A stretch of 64,000 nucleotides of DNA from Takakia lepidozioides (taxonomy: Eukaryota > Plantae > Bryophyta): NCBI GenBank assembly GCA_030704615.1, contig CM060731.1, positions 65,286,001 through 65,350,000 of the forward strand, given 5' to 3'. Numbering within the stretch: the first letter of the stretch is position 1; each line of letters begins with the position of its first letter. Below the pieces are notes generated by a model, which worked only from the letters and a program-made list of their open reading frames with translations, was not told the origin of the DNA and searched no databases. Positions 44,097 to 56,429 of the stretch are shown in pieces. A program made the translations under genes and the position numbers.

Positions 44097-44892
44097 TCAA
44101 GTGCCCAAAGCATGATGTCAGGCCAATGTAGACTTCAGTGTGTTCAAATTCTTTGCCCCATGAAACCAACGTCCTGGTACTAAGCTGCAATGAAATGGCT
44201 ACTTATAGAGAGATACTTGGGTTACTTATGCACCCAGAATACAATCAATAAAACTTGGAGGGTATTCTCATGGACCCATCAGGTTGTCATGAATTCTTGC
44301 TATGGATTCCAAGAACACCCCAACCAAGAGGGGCTCAAAAATGTACTGGGAGGACATCATTGGGGCCAATCAAATTTGGGAGATTTACTGCCCAAGGTCA
44401 TACTGAGGTTTGGTAATCTTGTCTTTACAAATGATATGTGCTCCAGTTTGTTTTGCCTGAATTCAAGGATTTGTGCTTGATGCCTATTAGTATGTGTAAT
44501 CACCCACATTGTACTGGGGAATTTTTTTCAGGGCAAGACAGCGCACTGGATCCACGATCCCCCTGCTTGCTAGCAATGGAGATGGCGCCCACAAGAACGC
44601 AGGAGGTGGCCCTAACTCTCCCAACGTGTGGGTTTTGTGCCACCAGTACCCCACCTTATTATGGTATGCCTCGTACCCACAGTCTGGCACTCAGTATGGT
44701 CAGGGTCAATATGGTGCTCGTCCATATGGGCAGTATGGCCAGTATCCTCGCCACCATATTTGCCACCCCTAATAGCTATGGGGTGGCAGGCCACTGGAAT
44801 ATCCTCCTGCTTATGGACAGTATGGCCAGTATGGTCCTCGGCCTTCTGGCCAACAGCCACGGCCACCAGTCCCTACTTGGCAGGATCCTGCT

Positions 44893-47563
44893 TTGAATTC
44901 TCCTGAGCGCACGGAGGTCTCTGAAGGAGGGGAGGGTGCCGTTTCAAAGAATAATAGAACCAATGCTTTAAGGAGGGCTAATAGCTCAGCCAAAATTGAA
45001 GCTGCCAAGGTCAAGGAAGAGAGAATAGCTGCAGGTCTTCCTCCCACGATTGATTTTGACGAACCTCAAAGGAGCCCCGTATGGTCAGACCCGGAATGTA
45101 TGGTCAAGGAAGAGAGAATATCTGACGAGGTATGGAACAAGCTTGTAAGTTACTGGCAGACAGAGGTGTTCCACAAGTGTCGGGCAACATGAAGAAGGCA
45201 AATGGTGCAATTTGAATCCTACCAAGATTGGGCGTGGTGGGAAGGCAATGGTGGAAGCACGCTTGGTAAGTGGCATCATCACGACTCTGTATTTTGTTCC
45301 TCATTGAATTGCTATGTGTATATAGTCAGCCCTTACATTGCTTACAAACTTGTGGCATGGGTTTGTTTGTGGCATGGATTAATTTGTAGGAAACACTATC
45401 AGGGTGCCCTCCTACATTATATAAATTCAAGAGGGTTTAGTGTCACGGTTGTCAGCTGGGGAGTGACAGGCGGGTAAGTGTGTTTTCCACGTTTGCTAAG
45501 AGTGGTTGCTGCATCATAGGTTGCTAGGGTTTTTTCACGGCTTTTGGCCTGGGTTTTCTTTCAATGGTTGTTCATGCCAGGTTTTTTTGGTTTGATTCAT
45601 ACTTGGGCAAGTTTTAAGGATTGTTTTCATGGATGGCAGGAGGGAAGTCTCGCATATTCTACAGTAGTTGGCAGGATGGATGGCTTGGACAAACTGGTGG
45701 AATCACAAGGACGTGACATGGCAGAATTAAAATTACAGATGCAGAGTATGATTGAGTACCAGAAAGCCATTGTGACCAGATTGGGGATTAATCTACCAGG
45801 CGCAGGACCAGTGACATCTACGATGGATACGTCTGTTGTGACAGTATCAAATGTTTGAAATCCCAATTTCAGACGGTAACTGGTGCTCACTCTAAGCCCT
45901 TATGTCTTCCTGTCACTGATGATCTTTTGAATTTGACCGAGCAGCAGCAGGATACAGGGAAGGCCAGCTGTGAGGTACACGTGGAAATTCAGCCCTTGCC
46001 ACGTACAAAGGCAGTAGCAGTCCAGGGGGCAATGGTGACAGAGCCGCCGGGCACACCGGATTCTGGTATGCAGGTATGTGGGAGTTTAGATGGGGAGGAA
46101 GATGCAGACGGGGACAAAACAAACAAGCAGTTGCTTTAATTTCTCCTGCTCACATGTTGAAGCCAAATGTCAGTTTACTTCCTGGACCAACGAGGAAGCA
46201 TTTACTAATTCTGGACTTAAATGGTCTGTTATGTGAATCTTTTCATTCTGCTAATGGGCTTGCATCCCTTCCCAAAGGTTTTGTGGGGAAGATGTGTGGC
46301 AAGAAGATGGTAGTTTTGAGACCACGCTGTTATGACTTTTTGCAAAAGTATTTTGAACACTTTGAGGTGGCGGTGTGGTTTGTTGCCAAGCTCACAACTT
46401 CTTCCCAATGGTAGACTATATTTTTGCAGCCCACACTAACCTGGTTTTCCAGTGGGATGCCCTTCACTGTGACGAGGATCCAATCCTCCCATGCCGTAAG
46501 GGGTCTGATTCAAAGCCATTATATTTCAAGAACTTGTCTACAGTGTGGGCAGACTGGCCAAAATGGACTTATGAGGACACTGTTATTGTTGACGACACAC
46601 CAGAAAGGCGGCAAACAATCCTCCCTTCAGTGGGATTTTTCCAGAGCCATGGAAGGTGCAACCAGATTCACTACTTGATGAGTATCTAACAGAGGTGTTG
46701 TGGCCTTTCTTGTGGAAGGCATCGAAAGCTGCCAGTATTCCCAAGTTTTTGGAGTCTCAGCCTGTTTTCGGACAACAACCATACAACACTGCTACTGTGA
46801 AGGTACAAACATTCTGACAGTGCTCCAGAGGCTACATTTTTGTGGGTTCATTCATTGCATTGCTTTCCTGGATGCTTCTCCTCGGTTGCTTGATTAATGC
46901 TAGGTTTTCTTTGCAGCTTTTCATGTTGGCTTTTTTTGTTTGATTCATACTTGGATTTTGTTTCTATTCACTATTCATGTTTGCTCATTGCTTTCCTGGT
47001 TGATCTCTGGTCTGTGACACAGGAACTTGTGACAAACAAAGGTGATATTGTCGACAAGCCGGTACAGACGAGGGGCAAGAGTGTCGACCCGGCGAGTAGC
47101 CCCCCAAAAGGTCTCACCACCACTGGAGATTGCAAATGGAGTAAGTCCAGGCCGTTGTCTTGTTTGTTATATTTTTTCCAACCTTGGGGCTCTCTTTAAC
47201 TCTCAAATGTTGAGTGTCCTAGTCGTGTGTATGTCATGGGTTTTCACATCGTGTTCTTTTTTGTGTGGAGTTGGGATCACAGTTCAGGGTGGGTGACGAG
47301 GTTCAGCTGTTGGATGTGAACTCCAAACGCAAGAAATGTGGAGTAGGGCTGATGTTGCTCTTCAAGGTGCTGTGGTGGGTTACGGGTACCCTGCTGTGCC
47401 TCTTGATTATGCCTGTGTGTACATCAAAGAGGCATGTGTCAGTAACACCCCTCTACCATATGTGAATGGTGTTAGGAAACAGACCGAGTTGGGGCAGGTG
47501 GTTGGCCAGACAACATTTTGGAGTCTAAAGTTACTGAAACTTATGGAGCTGCGGAAGGGATAG
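44893..47563 (+). pseudogene. CACTA TnpA-like multi-exon gene with internal FCP1/NIF HAD domain, frameshifted
   Basis: Ptta/En/Spm-like W.KLV.YW...MKKAN...KIGRGG at ~45085-45265. LLILDLNGLL..LRP..YDFL..FEVAVW..FKNLSTVW..IVDD at ~46196-46800. TNP1-like C-terminus VGDEV...TPLPY...LGQVVGQTTFW at 47282-47563. Confidence 0.6.
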
Positions 47564-48019
47564 TCAGTATTGCACTGTTTAACAGAGTTCTTGATTCTAA
47601 TAGCACTGTAACATACTAGCTACAACAATTCAGCCCATGTGTGGGCTTGCTTGTTTTTGGCTGGGCCTTTTGAGGCATGGATTTTTTGACCTTGTGGCTT
47701 TTGAGGTGTCCATTGGGATATTGGTCTCATTTGGATTTTTGTAATGTGATTTATAGGGCTTGTATTGCCCTGTAGTTGACTATTTTCTCCTTGTGGTTGA
47801 TAGTATGCAGGAGGGATCCATTCTGTTTTCATGTTGGAATTTCACCATGTAATGAAGATTTTAAATCATTTAATTCACTTTCATTTTAAATAATAATATT
47901 AAAAATAATACCATTAAAAAAAAATCCAAGGCTGCAATCTCCTTGTTCTTTTAAATATTAAATGAAAACTAAAAATTAAAATATGAACATTAAAAATATA
48001 AACTATTTCGGAAAACAAT

Positions 48020-48736
48020 CTTGATGACACGTGGCATCACTCTTGCTCAAACTAGAACACATGGCAGTATATGACACGACATTCTTTATCCATATTTTCA
48101 CCACGTGTAAAGATCCGTAGTCATATATGCTAGTCATATATTTTGTCTGTGTGCCACATGTCACATCTCAAGTGCAACAGGTGTCCCGCTAACAACTCTT
48201 CATGTAGACATCCCTGTAGTCATATGAGCGAGTCATGTAGTCACCACGTGTGAAATCTGCCATATCACACTTGTCTCGCTAGCGCCTCTCCATGTAGGCA
48301 TCACTGTGCAGACATGTAGTCATATGATCATGGCAAGAAGTCGTGACATGTCAAATTCGCAGTGGCGTACGTGTCCATCCGTCGCCTCTCCATGTAGGCA
48401 TCACTTTGCAGACATATAGTCATATGATCCCCTGACGAATGTATGACGTGTCGCTTGCGCAGTGGCGCACGTGTCCCGCTGAAGCCTCTCCATGTAGGCA
48501 GCACTCAACAGACAATGTAGTCATATATTAGTCATATAGTTGTGACTGCAACCCTCTCTGCAGCAGGACTCCAGGTGCCACGCAAGCAATCATGGATATG
48601 ACTTGCAAAACGCAGTCCTAAAGACTAGTCGCTGTGACAGGGCTTTTTTCACTACAGAGTGATGTAGTCATGAACGCATATAAGACTGAAAAAATAGTCA
48701 TATGTGAAGTCATAAAAACGCTCATTTGTTGTAGTG
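48020..48736. mobile_element. Right end of a CACTA element: subterminal repeats and TIR
   Basis: Ends ...atttgttgtagtg (= CACTACAACAAAT on the - strand). Dense subterminal repeats ((g)tagtcatat, gcctctccatgtaggca). Left TIR not found. Confidence 0.75.
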
Positions 48737-50720
48737 ACTACTAGTGCTGGCAGTGGAAGATATTGGTACTGATGCAGCTACTGGTCGCGTCGTGCCTCGA
48801 GTAATGGAGACGTAGTCAGGTGACCAATACATCCTCCACTCCTCAATCTTTGCTTCATGTCCTCGCCTGAACTGATGGTAATCGTCCATAGGCGGGCCTT
48901 CCAAATGCTGGAACAGTCCCTTCCATGCCATGAATGGGGTGAATAGCTGTGGATTGTGCATCTGCTGCAAATCACACCAGCTGTCGAACTCCCGGATAAA
49001 GTCATCCAACTCGATTGTGCCCACAGCTCCAGAGTACCTACGAGGCCCCTTGGTAGCTCCATACATCTCCTCCATGTCGTCCCACAACAATGGCGAATGA
49101 AACTGCACACCTGTTGATGAAGCCTCCGAGTCTGTGTCTGACTCTGCACTAGTTGACGGTGGAGGTGAACGTGGTCTGAACCGAATACCTCGTCTTGTGA
49201 ACCCACTCTCACTGTTACTGCCTATAGCCGTACTCCCCTCAAAACCCTTGGGTAACTCCGTGATGACACTCACAATGTGCACCTCCCCCACGTGACACTA
49301 TAATGCTCTAGTACTAATTCTAATAGTGACACGGGTGGGCACCTGTTGCAGTTTAAGGGTCATATCCCAGTGGCTCAGGGCACCTGCACCTGCATCCACC
49401 GCAAGAACTCCTATGGTTGGCTGGTCATCAACCCAGCCTCACCATAGAAGAAACATTGGTGGTCTTGCTGGTCATCACTCCAGCCTCACCACCGACAGCA
49501 TACTCTAGGATTGACCGGTGATCAAATCCGGCCTAATCCCTATGAAAGCAAGCGCCCACACAAAACCAACATGGCGCACAGTCAAGCATGCAGGTGTTGG
49601 GGGGGATCCAAACACAAGAAATCAAAACATCAACACCCCCACACCAAACTCCATCTGCAGTGCTGACCTGCAGAATATCCCAGCCCAAAACCCCGGATTG
49701 ACTGGCCTCCACCAAGAGAGGCTTTGGCAACTACAAATACAAGGTAATGAAAATAGTACAGAGATGGAGGGGAAGAATAGAAGCCCGATCCAGCAAGATC
49801 TTATCCTGATCTATGCTATCAACTGCCAGACTTCTCTCAAAGTGCCTCGCTCTGCATGATAGTAAGGTGTAGGAGGTATATCTATGTCCAGAAACCTGCC
49901 ACTAACCTTGTCCCAAGCTACAGTAGCTCGCTCTAACCAACCCTCCTCCTCTTTCTGCCAGGTAGAGACAAAGCAACACTCTGCTATCTCCCGCTCACTG
50001 AACACTAAAGAAAACAAAGGTAGTGTCTGATAGTCTCTCAACTCGAAAGTTTTGAGACGGTTGCGGGTGTCCTCATTGCAAATGACTGCATCTCCTTCAA
50101 ACAGAACAAACTTGTCCTTGCTAATGAACCCCCGCTCGTGGTTGCCTTGTGCAGAGCGTGTCCGGCTGCGACGCTGTCTGATTGCACAAACTTGTGTAGC
50201 TCCTGCTCCTCTATTCCAGTACACCATGGCATTGTGGCTGAACACCTTGGTCCCCGGGGCTGTCTTTGGCTGTGTTCCAAGCCTAGCTTTCACCCACTTT
50301 GGTATTTCACCTACAGCTGCAAAACTGTTGGCTCCAACAGAGTTCTGACTGTCCAAAGCAATATTGAGGCCCTCAACGCCAACTACAACGCCAACTACAG
50401 CAGTTTGTTGTCCACTGCTAATGCCTGACTCCCAGTATGCAATCAACTCGTCCAACTGTTCTCCACTCAAATCAGTCTGAGTTCCTTGGGAAACATAAAT
50501 CTTGTCCCCTTGTGTGCACAGGCTAAGAGACGAGACCTGCCCTTCAATTACGGCCTCATTTCCCCCAGCCATACAAGGAGGACATCCACAGATTTGTCTC
50601 TCATATAGACCAGCACATGTTCTAGAAACAGAATTGTGGATCTTTCATGGCACACTCACACTCTAAAAATTCCATAGATTTTTAGCAGAGTCCCAAATAC
50701 AAAAACCGTCGACGACACCT
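48737..50720 (-). mobile_element. Truncated LTR-retrotransposon remnant (gag-like ORF plus unknown upstream ORF)
   Basis: ORF 48722-49291 (RRYSG...LDDFIREFDSWC...FQHLEGPP) resembles a retrotransposon Gag N-terminus and is cut by the CACTA end; 253-aa ORF 49811-50572 is unassigned. Confidence 0.45.
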
Positions 50721-51856
50721 TAATCTGCGTGGTCTTCTGGTATGCTATTTGGGGTGAATGATATGTACAAATAGCTCGGACTACATAACTTATGATTCAT
50801 TATCATGTCCTTCTTCCATGTGACCAGAAACCCCAGGTCTTTTGCTTGCAAAGCGGGGGTTGGGTTCATTTGCAAGTTTTCCACAAAAAAAAAAAAAAAA
50901 ACGTATTTTTTTTTTTTTTTTATTTTTTATTTTTTTTCTCCTGAGTGTGTTAGATTAAGGTGTCGTCAACGACACCTTAATCTGGGTGGTCTTCTGGTCT
51001 GCTATTTGGGGTGAATAGCATCTACAAATAGCTCGGACTACTTATGATTCATTGTCATGTCCTTCTTCCAGGTGACCAGAAACCCCAGGTCTTTTGCTTG
51101 CAAAGCAGGGGTTGGGTTCATTTGGATGGTCTTCTGGGCTGGAATTAAACTTCTGCCAAATTAAAACACACTTATTTAAACTCAACAACACATGGATCCC
51201 TTCGTAGATGCTGATCGGTAAGGATAAATGTTGTTGTAGTCATCCATGATTCATTCAGCCAAGTAATAGATGGGGCCCTGGAGTTGAATGCGAGGGAGAC
51301 GGTTCAGCCAGCGTGGACCCCCCGCCAGCCCCCACCCACCCCCGCGTCCGCCGCCCGCGCCGTGTGGCAGCCCCTCCCGCGCCTCATGTACCCTATGCCA
51401 AGACATGACACATGTCCTCTCACCCATCCCCATCCCGCCTCCCATCCTCACCTCATGCATGGCATTGTCCCCCATCCCCCCTGCATGCCTTCATCCTCCC
51501 CATGCCACATGCTTGCGTCCATTGCATACATGGTATCCCCAAACATACATCATGCCCTCAATTCAAATTCAATCTGACATCTTTTCAAATTTTGAAATGG
51601 CAAATCTGAATAAAGAGAATGGACGTTGGGATATATGCCACGTCGTCACATACACTGCCACCCCAATGGAGGGTTTTGCTACCCTCATCGTGCATTTCCT
51701 AGTAGAGCAGTTCTCTCCATGCGTTTCTAGCTTGCCCACATGAATTGACAGCATTCCATTATACATGCCCAGAATATGAATGCAAAAAGGCGCGTGTGAG
51801 GATACGGCAGCGAAAGAAGACATCAGCAAACTCAGAAGCGTCTTATTTTTGTAAGC

Positions 51857-54696
51857 ATGGCTGAAGAGGTTGAACATGGCAAGATTTTGCCCCACCTTCT
51901 TTATAATCTGCAGAGTCAGCTACAGACACCAAAGATAGGTACTTTCACATACCATGACTTGCAATGGAGGTCCCAATGGCACGGACAGATACCTGATGAG
52001 AACACAACTGAAATTGCATATATTCCTTGGAATCGGGTGGCGGACTTCATTACTGGTGAGTCCTCCCAGAAGGAAGCCCCATGCACGTTCCGCACTCATC
52101 GACAAAAAGGCACCCCTGCTGGGACTCTCCAGGCACCACGCATCAATAGTGCCATGAACATTACAAGGTATGAATTCAACTTGAGCATGCCATGATTCAT
52201 GAAAATGTCCAATCCCAATAGCCATGCACTTATGCTTTCATAAGAGCGGTTCTAAAAGGCCACTCATGTTTTTGGCGTAGGTATCACTACGCCTATGGCC
52301 CACAAGACAATACCCTGAACATTGTGGAGGTAACAGAGGCTATGCGTGCGAAGAAATGGCGTTCAGGTCCACCAAAGAAAAGGGGGAGAAAGCCTACAGT
52401 GGGGCCAGCATCCACAGGAAAAAAACCTAAACAAAAAAGGACTACAAACAACAAAACAGGAGAAGGCATCAAAAGAGGATGCATGTGCCGATTTGCTGTC
52501 AAGCAATGCTACCTAGACCCTGGTATGGCAGAGATAATTTATTATGAGAAACAACATGTAAATGGAAGAGGTCAGATATGCCACGGACCTTCATGTCACT
52601 TGAACTGATGTGCAATGGCTCCCCATCTTAGCGATGACATGAAATCATGGATTTTGCACAATTTGCGTCTTGGGCTGAGCATAAACAAGATAATGGCCAA
52701 GCACACCATGCGAGTGAAGGAGTTGATGGAGCAAGGGCTGGACGTCAGCCGTGACACTTTTCTCCTCTCCCATGACATACGGAATATTGCGAAGCCATGC
52801 GATGAAGAGACATTCAAAAAACACCCCAATGATGCACAGAGTGTCCGCATGTGGGTGCATGAAAATATGGCTAGTGTTTTCTACTACCAAGAAGAAAAGA
52901 ACCACAAGGCTTGGACATCCAGTAACATCAAACTTGATCTTCCATTCGTTCTTGGCATACAGACAGTGTGGCAGCGAGATCAAATGTTGAAATTTGGCCA
53001 TCACAGAATTGTCGCATGCGACGCCACCTTCGGAACCAATGAGAAGAAGGTGGGATCTGTCTTTTTACTTCATTGCAATCGTTGAAGCCAGGTTTAAGGT
53101 GTATTTGCCATACTGCATCCTCACATCGTACAAATCTCATACTCACTGCTTTCTCCATACAAATCTGCCTCAATTGTTGTACATTGATTGTTGTTTATGT
53201 AGTACCCGCTATACACCATGATGGTATTCGACGAGTGGTTGAATGGAATCCCAGTTGCATTCATCATCACAACAAGATCAAAGGCAATCGATTTGGAGCC
53301 ATGAATGTCCGCACTGAACGGGAAGCTTCAGGCGAACCAGGCAGGATGATATGGTGATGCGTTTTGGGTAGGACGCATGGGTGCTTTGGAAGGCATGTCA
53401 GCTGGTGATTGAGGTGGTGCAAACAAGCTATGAAGGCCACCTCTACTACTCCCAATAAGGCTTCCACAGAATTTGGCTATGGTGCCATCTTCTAAGTTGG
53501 GGTGCAACATTTGCAACACCTTCACTTGATGCGCACACATATTACCTTTGCGGGCATGCCGACAATCACAACATCCCCAGTTGGACTGTGGATTGTGAAC
53601 CGTATATGTAGTCCCCTCATCCCAAATACATTTGACAGTGGCGATGCCCCCTTCTGTCTGCGGAAGGTTCACATTGCAATCGGGAATCTGTTTGGCAAGC
53701 AAAATAGAGCTGCACACAAAGCCTTCAAGTCGCTTGTTGCGGATGAAGCCATATGTTTTGGCATACGACATATACCAGTAATGAGTAAGCAAATCACATG
53801 TGAGTTCATGAATGAGCCAATCGACTCGTCTGTTGACCAGTTTGCTCTTTGTGCATTTCAGTTGTGCCTTCAGATTGCCATGATAAGCTTCAATGGTGGC
53901 GTTTGTGTCTTGTCCTGCGTGTGGAATGTTGCGAGAACCCATTGTCCACATCTTAGCTTTGGGAACCCACTCCTGCTCCAAGTAGTCACAAAATTCACTT
54001 ACGGTGGGATACTTGAAACGCAAATTCACAAGTTCGCACACTGCCCATGCTTCACCTGCGTCACCCTCGCTTTTTGCAGCACTATACATGATTTTTGACA
54101 TATCTTGCATGACACATGCACGCAAATCTGCATCTTTGATCTTAGACACGACATTCTTTTGCCATGCTCTCCTCACATGCCAAAGGCATAGAAAAACTAC
54201 AGACTACCCCCACACGGCCCTGACATAGAAAGACATGTGACAACATTATAATGTGGAGATTTGCAGAAAAACCAAAAAATTCCAGAGAGTTGCGAATCGG
54301 GATTCACCTGATTGTTTTTATTTCAGCATCTGCATCATCAACAATGAAAGCATGTGGGCACCTTCCGCCCAGAAAAGTCCAGGACTGGAATTACTGCCAT
54401 TAATATCCAATGAGTTCGAGCGGGTTCTAGACATGACAAGACATAATAGGGTCTTGCAGCAACATCTCCTTGCTATGGTTAGAGCAGCCAAAGGAAAAAT
54501 TTGTGACTTGACGTGCAGCATGGACGAGGGTATTCAGCATCCCCAAGAAGACCCCACTTTCACTGAGGTTGACGATGGAGCAACCAACTCCCTTGTGAGA
54601 TGGAAAGATTTTTTGGAGGCGCGCGGTAGAAAGCGTCATGTGGCAAACTTGCCTGAACGGCAGAATGCAGCAAAGAGACAATTGTACGCATCTTGA
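51857..54696 (+). pseudogene. MULE DDE transposase with SWIM finger, broken by stops and a ~1-kb internal inversion
   Basis: On +: exons 51857-52167, 52281-53049, 53203-~53340 (ACDATFGTN, MVFDEWLNGIPVAFII). On - (~53340-54369): AFIVDDADAE, CLWHVRRAW, TNATIEAYH, SWIM CDC..MCAH. C-terminus resumes on +. Confidence 0.85.
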
Positions 54697-55339
54697 TGCA
54701 CATGGAGGTGGGGGTCCTAGTGTGCAATACCCTGTTTGTTATGCCAAGTAATAGATGGGGCCCTGGAGATATTTGACCACAATGACATTGGTCCCAACAT
54801 TTGCAATCCTAATGTTCCCATGACGTGCCATGCTTCATGTATATGTTTCGTTCTCAATGCTGTGACTTTGTCTTCCGAAATTGTGTGGATATGCAGGCTA
54901 CAATTACCATACATGTATGAAGTGGTTAGTGCTGAATCATAAAGGCGTGTTGATATGAAATTGCATGGATTCTGGACTGTGTTTGGTGTTAATTTTGCAT
55001 GTCATGGCATGTCTAATGTGTTCTTCCCACATGGTGTTGCATTCATTTCATTCATTCATTCATTCATTCATTCCATGCTCGTCATAAGCCTCAACAATGG
55101 ATATTGCCTTGCAGACTTTGGCACATGCAACCACATTGCAAAAATAGCCGGGATACAAGACATAATTTGCCTCAACCATCCTAAAACCATGTACATTACA
55201 TTGTTCCATATGCATCTTGCGTAGTGGTAGAGTGGCCACCTCGAAGGCTGGCTGATAGATGGCTGCTCACACGCATTTCAGCCATGGAAACAGGGACATG
55301 CATACAATGCAATGTACATGAGAAGAGGAACCCTAAAAC

Positions 55340-55835
55340 CTTTCATCCATATCAAGCATATGCATATTACCATCCCGTATTCAAGTCGTCACCATTCATC
55401 CCATTCTGGAAATGCATAGGAATCCTATGCATGTTATCATGTGATATTTCATCGTCACCATTCATCCCATTCATCCCTATTCATGTTATCATCCGTATTC
55501 GACATCACCATTCACCACATTCAGCCCATCCATCTCAACCCTATCCATATTTCATCCATATTGCGCCATCACCATTCATCCAATTCAGCACATTCATATC
55601 ATCCTATCCATGCTCCGTATTCGACATCACCATTCACCACATTCATCCCATCCATCTCAACCCTATCCATATTTCATCCATATTGCGCCATCGCCATTCA
55701 TCCAATTCAGCACATTCATATCATCCTATCCATGTTATTAGTCGTATTCGACGTCAGCATTCATCCCATCCATTCCAACCCTATCCATGTTTCATCCATA
55801 TTTTGTCGTCACCATTCATCCCATTCATCCCGTGA
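55340..55835. repeat. CATT/CATC-rich degenerate tandem repeat (~120-bp units) inside the MULE
   Basis: tccgtattcgacatcaccattcaccacattca...tctcaaccctatccatatttcatccatattgcgccatc repeated. Confidence 0.8.
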
Positions 55836-56429
55836 GAAGAAAACTGTGGATGCACTGCATGAAGTGAAGAACTGTTGTGGGCACTCTATAGGGTAAGGGC
55901 ATCCACCACTGTGTAAGGGCATTCACCATTCCACCAGGGTAAGGCCCCGATGTGAAAGATAACCGAGTCTCCAGCTCAATAGGATCCACAACATTCATGG
56001 ACCCGATATATGAAATTGAGCCCCGATCTCTGGCAGCGATCGGAGATAGTTCCCTGGCAGGAAGGGTAAGGCAAGGACCCTGGGCTTATGGGCGACACCA
56101 TCAATGTGACCCCATTCAGGGGCAGTACTATCCCATGTTACATACCACTTCTTTTCACTGGACCTAGGAAGATTATGAGTATGCACTTACATTATAATGA
56201 AGGAACACATCAAAGCAAGATTTTCATGAGTTACAACAGATTTGGCCTCCTCTGTTCTGTGTGCAGACTGCCATGTGCCAACCTACATACATTGATTGGC
56301 TCATTCATAAAACTTTACTTTGTAGAGTGAAAAAATAGAGTGTACATCATAATGCTCATAAATGTTGTAGACAATTTCCTAAAGGGGCAGACGGCGGCCA
56401 CCAACACCCTTGACATGAAAGGGATCATG

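Noticed and set aside
55224-55896. His/Pro/Ile-rich proteins in the ORF track
   Set aside because: Translation of CATT/CATC-rich tandem repeats; no domain signal.
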